From: an uncultured bacterium
GTDB taxonomy: Bacteria > Patescibacteriota > Patescibacteriia > Patescibacteriales > UBA12465
Assembly: GCA_903945435.1 (NCBI GenBank)
Contig: CAJAVM010000021.1
Location: forward strand, 1 to 57,586
Length of the DNA stretch: 57,586 bases
Direction of reading: 5' to 3'
Both the position numbers and the translations under genes were made by a program. The notes below the pieces were generated by a model that searched no databases, was not told the DNA's origin, and was given only the letters and a program-made list of their open reading frames with translations. Below are positions 56,470 through 57,586 of the stretch, piece after piece (position 1 is the first letter of the stretch; every line of letters starts with the position of its first letter).

Positions 56470-57021
56470 ATGATTGAGATTAAAAAAACTGCTCTATTTG
56501 ACATTACTGCGATTTTGAATAAAATAGCAGTAGAAGAAAGACAAAGGGTAGCCGAACTTGGTTGTGGTAATTTTGGCTTTTTTACCTTTCCTTTGGCCCG
56601 ATTAGTCGGCCGTTCTGGAAAAGTGTATGCTGTTGATATTATTAAATCGACATTAATTGAAATCAAAGATAGGGCTACTAAAAATAATCTTCCCCAAATT
56701 ATTCCGATTTGGAGTAATCTAGAAGTTTTCAAAGCAACTAATATCGACGCTAGCAGTCTAGATAGAGCATTACTAATTAATGTTCTACACCAATCAGATA
56801 AAAGAGCAGAGATTATTAGAGAGGCTACGAGAATGCTAAAAAGAAATGGTCGGTTATTAATAGTAGAATGGAATAGCGCTGACTCCCCGTTGGGGCCCAA
56901 ACCAGATAAAAGATTAAAAATAGAATCATTAAAATCGGCAGTCACCAAATTAGGCCTCAATATACAAGAAGAGTTTGTAGCCGGCCCCTATCATTACGGT
57001 TTAGTTTTAATTAAATTATAA
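56470..57021 (+). CDS. class I SAM methyltransferase
   Basis: AELGCG.FGFF, VYAVDI, LKRNGRLLIVEW, PLGP. Confidence 0.88.
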   Translation: MIEIKKTALFDITAILNKIAVEERQRVAELGCGNFGFFTFPLARLVGRSGKVYAVDIIKSTLIEIKDRATKNNLPQIIPIWSNLEVFKATNIDASSLDRALLINVLHQSDKRAEIIREATRMLKRNGRLLIVEWNSADSPLGPKPDKRLKIESLKSAVTKLGLNIQEEFVAGPYHYGLVLIKL

Positions 57022-57026
57022 AAAAT

Positions 57027-57410
57027 ATGAAAAACCTTTTCACGTGGAAATACTGGTTTACCGTTAATCCGGGAATCGCTTCCTCTACAAAAATCAATAT
57101 CTTAATGGGATTGCTAGCCTTATTACTTATACTTGCGATAGCAGCCATTCTTATTAAAAAACATGGTGGTATTTATAAAGGTCTATGCAAAAAGGTGTAT
57201 AATTTTGCTTCAACTAATTTTATTGTTAGCTTAATTATTCTTTTCTTTAATTACGAAAACGTCCCATTCTTCTCTTCTCGCATGTGGATTGGTTTTTGGG
57301 CAATAGAGATGATAGTCTGGTTATTCTTTATTATCAAGAATGCTAAATCGATCCCTCAAAAGAAAAGGGCACTAGACGCAGAAAAGGAACTAAAAAAATA
57401 CTTACCATAA
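57027..57410 (+). CDS. three-TM hypothetical protein
   Basis: Hydrophobic segments, ENVPFFSSR, C-terminal KYLP; hairpin at 57436-57463. Confidence 0.75.
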   Translation: MKNLFTWKYWFTVNPGIASSTKINILMGLLALLLILAIAAILIKKHGGIYKGLCKKVYNFASTNFIVSLIILFFNYENVPFFSSRMWIGFWAIEMIVWLFFIIKNAKSIPQKKRALDAEKELKKYLP

Positions 57411-57473
57411 ATAAAGAAATATCAACCAAAATAATAAAGCCTCGAAATTAAAATCGAGGCTTTATTTAATAAT

Positions 57474-57586
57474 ATGCACAACTTACAAATTGGAAAATTT
57501 GGAGAAAAATTAGCTTGTAACTATTTACAGGGTAACGGATATCAAATTATTAATCGTAATCAAAAAATTAAAAGATTAGAGCTTGA
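57474..57586 (+). CDS. yraN: YraN-family nuclease, partial (runs off the window)
   Basis: MHNLQIGKFGEKLACNYLQGNGYQIINRN...EL. Confidence 0.85.
   Translation, partial: MHNLQIGKFGEKLACNYLQGNGYQIINRNQKIKRLEL

Noticed and set aside
757-56960. Short ORFs antisense to or nested in long genes (e.g. 757-1002, 5102-5359, 24450-24740, 41301-41633, 56445-56960)
   Set aside because: Shadow frames of well-supported CDSs with no motifs

Overview
AT-rich bacterial chromosome segment. The gene content (alpha2-type GlyRS, archaeal-like Cmk and Trm11, CPR-type pilin, few Shine-Dalgarno motifs before core genes) suggests Patescibacteria/CPR; this is an inference. Housekeeping genes occupy both flanks (glyQS, argS, a double-ATPase PilB, uvrA, tsaD, ychF, rpsF-ssb-rpsR-efp, rplS, smc, comM), and there are six tRNAs. 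The middle (about 16.4-34.6 kb) is accessory and has three parts. (i) A 7.7-kb element integrated at the 3' end of tRNA-Glu, with an HUH rolling-circle Rep, a large serine recombinase whose C-terminus would be swapped on excision, structured leaders, and an AbiF HEPN gene with a candidate RNA antitoxin. (ii) A carbamoyltransferase/PIG-L/GT2/KsgA-like operon. (iii) A 7-deazapurine operon (methyltransferase, extended QueC, NUDIX, GNAT, FolE2, QueD, QueE) with no tgt, dpdA or queF in the window. Also notable are a candidate ~330-nt pseudoknotted ncRNA (raiA-like) after tRNA-Cys and an SMC with no recognisable hinge and matched ~90-aa arm duplications. No CRISPR array was seen. All calls come from motif reading by eye; no searches or folding programs were run.
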